A DNA stretch of 55,313 nt from Paecilomyces variotii (lineage: Eukaryota): assembly GCA_004022145.1 (NCBI GenBank), contig RCNU01000030.1; one strand, 5' to 3'. Positions 51,058 to 55,313 of the stretch are shown here, piece by piece. The notes beneath the pieces were generated by a model that made no database searches, was not told the DNA's origin, and saw only the letters and a list, made by a program, of their open reading frames with translations. Position numbers and translations under genes: made by a program. Each line of letters opens with the position of its first letter. Positions within the stretch are counted from its first letter, which is position 1.

Positions 51058-52929
51058 ATGTATTTCCCGGCCGACCTGGCTACTTGACTAAGCTGGCTAC
51101 CCTATTAGCTTTCTACACTATATCAAAATCAATATTATTTAAATACCTACTATACTACTAAAACAGCCTAAATTATCAAAAAATTGCGTTAAGCAAGAGG
51201 GTAGACTCCTACTAGCAATTTAAGCTTTAAAAGAAAATTAGATTCTATCTGTATAAAAAGCGGCGTTAGTTTTTAATATCCCCCGCTTAACTCTATAGTC
51301 AAGATTTTAAGGACATTAATTTTGCGGCAATATACCTAACTACGCGTTAAAATTGACAGAAGCACAGCAATAATTGCTTATACAATAAATATTATCTATA
51401 GATTGATATAGAGCGAGTCTATAGCCTACTTATATTTAAAAAATAGCGAGTCTTTTTATAGACTAAGATAGCGAGATTTAACTGGGCAAGAACTAGGCAT
51501 CTATATTTATTCAATATTATCCTGAGCTAAGAACTGTCTATTCTAGATAATATACCTACCAAAGAGCTAAATATAAAAACCCGAAGATTATTAAACCCTA
51601 GTTTAATATTATCTAGGTTAACAGACTACAGTTTAAAATCGCAGATAAAGATATCTATAATTTTAATAAAACTAGATACACCATAGGCCTTACTGCTATT
51701 GCGAAAGTTGTAACACAAGCTAAATACTATAAGAAGTGTTAGGTTATTCAACCAGGGAATTGCGAATGGGTTACTTTAATCGAATATATCAACACTATAG
51801 GATGGGCTCTATCTCTGTACATCATTTTCAAAGGAAAGACCTATATATAAGCTTAGTACGAGGATCCTAATCTACTAAAGGATTGGAGAATTAAAATAAG
51901 CAATAATAGCTAGATAATAGATAAGATTAGAATATGCTGGCTTCAGAACGTTTTTATCCCTTAAATAGCTTATTAGTCGGCTAGAGGATATCGCCTTCTT
52001 ATTTTAGATAGGCATGGCAGTTATTTAACCCCTAAATTTAACAAGCTATATAGCGAGAATAATATTATTTCTCTCTATATACTACCGCACTTATCAGCTT
52101 ATTATTAACCTCTAGATATTAGCTGTTTTAGACCTTTAAAAGCAGCATACAATCGCTTAGTCTAAGAGAAGTAAAGACGGGGGTTTAATTATATTGACAA
52201 AATTGACTTCCTAAGCATCTACCCTAGAGCTTATATACAAGCATTCTCTTCAGCTACTATTAAAAACAGATTTAGAGCTACTAGCATTATCCCTTTTAAT
52301 CTAGAGGAAGTGCTTGGACGCTTTACTATTTAACTAGAGACTCCTACTCTACCAGGAACTTAGTCTACTGCTTCTAGTATCTCCCTATCTAAAACACTAC
52401 AAAATCAGAAAGATTTGGAGAAGCATAGAACTATAATTTAAAACTTGCTTAGGAGATAAACTTAGAGTCCTGCGGCTACTAATCTAGGTGTCTTAGATTA
52501 TTTTATTTAACAATATAAATATCTAGTAAGCGAAAAAACTCTTATAATACAAAAAATCCAAGATCTATATTCAGCTAACAAAGAACTGCAGCAAAAAAAG
52601 CAACATTCTACTTATTAAATAGGTCCTATACAGGGTCTAAGCATTAAAAAAAGTCAAGCTCTTATATAGAGAAATCAGGAAGCGATTAAAGCTCCTATTA
52701 ATATAGTTAAAGGTTCGGAAATTACACCTGTACAGCGGCGCCAGCAAGCTCCACCGCAGTATATAAATTGCGGAGTTAGGGGGCATATTAGAACTAAATG
52801 CCCTAATTAATATAGCGATCAAATATTGTAAAATAATGCTGTTATTACGGTGTAAATTTAAATAATATTCTATATAGGTGGTTGAGGTGGCCAGCTCAGT
52901 TGGGTAGCTAGGTTGGCCGGGAAATACGT
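51058..52929 (+). mobile_element. Fot1/Pot-like Tc1/mariner-pogo transposon, subfamily A (1872 bp, lightly RIPed)
   Basis: ~44-bp TIRs a(t/c)gtatttcccggcc…; TA TSDs at 51056-51057 and 52930-52931. Confidence 0.95.
51152..52831 (+). pseudogene. RIP-inactivated Fot1-like DDE transposase
   Basis: A single reading frame: start RIPed to ATA, EQEGRLLLAI HTH region, QPGNCEWVTLIE, RLLILDRHGS, QPLDI, C-terminal NCGVRGHIRTKCP knuckle. Multiple TAA/TAG stops derived from CAA/CAG/TGG. Confidence 0.9.
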
Positions 52930-54655
52930 TAATAGAGTAGTAATTTTTTATAATATCCCTGGCTTCTTCCTTAAAGCTTAAGTTATCCCTAGGCTGTCTT
53001 AATATAATTAACTAGATATTATATTTAATTAAGCTAATATTCTTTTATTCCTCTTTTAATCTCTATTTAATAATCTTCTTTATAATATATTCCCCTATAT
53101 AAGATAAATAACTTCTCTATTTTATCCTTTTAGCCTAAAGTAAAATTTATAGTCTTCTCCTTAATAAATAAGCTTCTAATTTAAGAGGCTTTTTAAATCT
53201 AGGTAATAAGATTAAATATAATTAGGAGCCTAGCAGAAGTTATATAAATTTAGAGGTATTTTAGATTCTCTAATTAGGTTAAATCTTAAAGGTGCTTTAG
53301 CTTATATATTTATACTAATATTAGATATATTATTATTAGGCCTCCCTATATACTATATACTATATAGTTTTAATTTCTTAAACTCTTTTATTAATTAATT
53401 AATCTATAACTGCTTTATTAACTTTACTTTAATACTTTATTATTTAGTCCTACTCTTATTCTTATCTAAATAGGTTTTATTAGATTTAATAAGAAATTAT
53501 ATATTATTTTCTTTAATTACCTTTTCCTTTATTAAAGCCGCTATATCTTAATCTTTCTCTAGTTTACTACTATTAAGATAGCGAAGGGTTTTAGTTATTC
53601 TTACCCTATTTATTATTTTTTTATAGAAATTAATATATTTAATAGTAGATAAAGTATAGTAATCTATATTTAACTCTTAAATTATTTATTACTTAAGCTT
53701 CTCTAAAAATCTTTAAAGATATTAAACTCCCTATAAATATCAGCTTAACTTATTTAAAGTTATTAGCGCTTTTAATATAGCTTAATATTCTTAATTATAC
53801 TCTTTTAAGTTCTTAGAGCTATTATATTTTATATTTTTAAACCTTTTTAGTTATTAAATATTATATTTCCTTTAATACTTATTATAATAAATATATTCTT
53901 ATTTAGTTACTTCTGCTAATTTTAGATAATTTTTTTTTTATATTTAGATTAAGTATTTATTTATAATAATATTAATAGGCTATAATAGTTTATAAACTAT
54001 TTAATTTTCTCCTTTTTTAAGAGTTAATTTGCCTTATATAGCCTCTTAAAAAATCTTAGATAATAAGTAATATTATCCCTTTTAAAATATAATATCTTAG
54101 GATTTTTAAGTATTAGCATCTGCGGAGCTAATATAATCTAAATTAGCTATATTATTAATAGTCCTATATTTTTAAATACTTAAGCTATTTATACCTCTAG
54201 ACCTAGTAATATTAAGGAGCTAAAAGTCTTTTTATCTTAATTAATACTAAAAAGATTAGTATTTTTTTTTATATTTTTTTAAAAAAATAGTAATAAAGAT
54301 AATAGTAAGAAATTCTTCTACTTTTTAATAAATAGTTTTTATTTAATAATTTCCTATTCTTTTTAAATCTCTATTTTTTTTTATACTTATTAAGCTCTTT
54401 CTTATATTTAGCAGTCTTTTTTTTCTCTTATTGCTAATATATATTTTTACCTTATATTATATTTACTATCCTTATTAATCTAAAAGATATATTTATCTCT
54501 TTCTATTTATAATAGTAATCTTCTTTAATTATTTTATTTATCTTTTTATTATTTTTACTCCTTTCTTTAGCTTTAGCCTTAATCTTAGCTTTTAATTCTC
54601 TTTTCTCCTTTATTTCTATTTAATATTTTAATGCCCCCTATATTTAGCTTTAATT

Positions 54656-54996
54656 TATTATAGGATAAGATATTAAAACTCAGCAGTAAGTTTTAGAGTA
54701 TAAAAAATAGAGAAAGAGAAAGAGAGCTCTATTTTTTAGGGCTTAAGATAGAGCTAGAAGAGAAGCTTTAATAGTAAAATAATATAATAAGTAGAAGCTG
54801 TTTTATTACTAAACTAATACTAAATAATAATTAAAAGGGGAATTGCCTATTTTATTCTATATTAACTAATTAATCTCTCTCGCCTCTTCTCTGCCTTATT
54901 AGAAGTATTTAAGCTACCTCTTCTAATAATAGCATATGACTTGCTAATTTAATTATATCTTTAGAACCTCTTTAACTACTATTTCTCCCTACTATA
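54656..54996 (-). repeat. G3 5' LTR
   Basis: Matches 37349-37690. Confidence 0.92.
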
Positions 54997-55313
54997 CTAG
55001 TAGTAAGTAAGATAATTATTAAACTATTCTTAACCCTTATTATTATATATAAGTTATATTAAATTTAATATAATATTATTATAGCTTATTTAAATGCCTT
55101 ATTAAATAATAATTAAATTTATATATAATAGCTAATAGAATTTATTATAAAAAAAATATTAAGTCTGCTTATTTTATTATATCCTATATAAATTATAAGA
55201 ATCTGCTAACTTATAAAATATAATACTTATAGATAAACTTTATAAAATAAGATCTATATTATTAAAAAAAAGATCTTATATCCTTATATTAAATAGAGAA
55301 TAATATATTATTA

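Larger units (their letters stand above)
37349..54996 (-). mobile_element. Long non-chromoviral Ty3/gypsy retrotransposon G3 (about 10 kb of its own sequence)
   Basis: ~342-bp LTRs at 37349-37690 (starts tgttat) and 54656-54996; 4-bp TSD ctag confirmed by the empty site in C2; PPT aagaggggagg. De-RIPed motifs: AALAWTFEEIGRIHPE…HKPWQ ~49400-49510, RT FLDDISVRGP ~48950, integrase KL..RWLGPY…YKLKELDG ~46250-46330. Confidence 0.9.
1..55313. other. RIP-mutated AT-rich fungal transposon cluster (heterochromatic AT isochore, possibly pericentromeric or subtelomeric)
   Basis: Overwhelming A+T and TpA excess with CpA/TpG depletion. Paired LTRs and TIRs differ almost only by C>T/G>A transitions. Only one ORF was reported in 55 kb. 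Confidence 0.95.
33570..55313 (+). mobile_element. Copia C4 (C2 family), 5' LTR 33570-33706, running off the right end of the window; hosts a MITE and G3
   Basis: 33570-37348 and 54997-55313 are the reverse complement of C2. The LTR is followed by gattataagcc (RIPed ggttatgagcc). Confidence 0.92.

Noticed and set aside
51086-51100. TGACTAAGCTGGCT in the Fot1-A left TIR resembling the Helitron/LTR shared motif
   Set aside because: The right TIR reads caactgagctggcc, so the match appears to have been created by RIP transitions.
52637-52822. 61-aa minus-strand ORF from the ORF track
   Set aside because: It lies antisense to the C-terminus of the Fot1-like transposase in the least-RIPed element; a chance open frame.
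1-55313. Organellar, AT-rich endosymbiont or alternative-genetic-code DNA; hidden host, effector or Starship genes
   Set aside because: The AT richness is explained by directional C>T/G>A changes between repeat copies. Almost all sequence is assigned to TEs, and no tRNA, rRNA, tyrosine recombinase or GC-balanced gene island was seen.

Overview
This is fungal (filamentous ascomycete-type) heterochromatic DNA. It is extremely AT-rich, TpA-enriched and CpA/TpG-depleted, which is the signature of repeat-induced point mutation (RIP). I found no intact host gene, and the single predicted ORF is an antisense artefact of a transposase. Nearly every base can be assigned to a nested stack of RIP-inactivated transposons whose ends and target-site duplications (TSDs) are still readable. 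Left half: a Helitron Rep remnant (31710-32516) is bordered by a Fot1-like element ending at 31707. That element holds a pogo-like element (29824-31514) and a second Fot1-like element ending at 29707. The latter holds chromoviral Ty3/gypsy G1 (163-29562). G1 holds copia C1 (2114-7530), gypsy G2 (7917-18707, itself holding two Tc1/mariner-pogo elements) and copia C2 (19684-25334, holding a 659-bp non-autonomous Helitron). Right half: copia C3 (32517-33569) is interrupted by same-family copia C4 (33570 to beyond the window end). C4 holds a Mutator-like MITE and a long non-chromoviral gypsy G3 (37349-54996), which holds copia C5, a second MITE copy and a lightly RIPed Fot1-like element. The most unusual signals are: (i) a small Helitron combining canonical TC...CTAG ends and A|T insertion with a Helitron2/Helentron-like asymmetric inverted repeat, tandem CCAAT+CACGTG cassettes and a 23-bp motif shared with its host's LTR; (ii) a copia family with non-canonical TT...GA LTR termini in four LTR copies, plus another with TG...CT; (iii) large unexplained post-integrase regions in two gypsy elements. 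All protein motifs were read by eye after mentally reversing RIP changes, and no database searches were possible.
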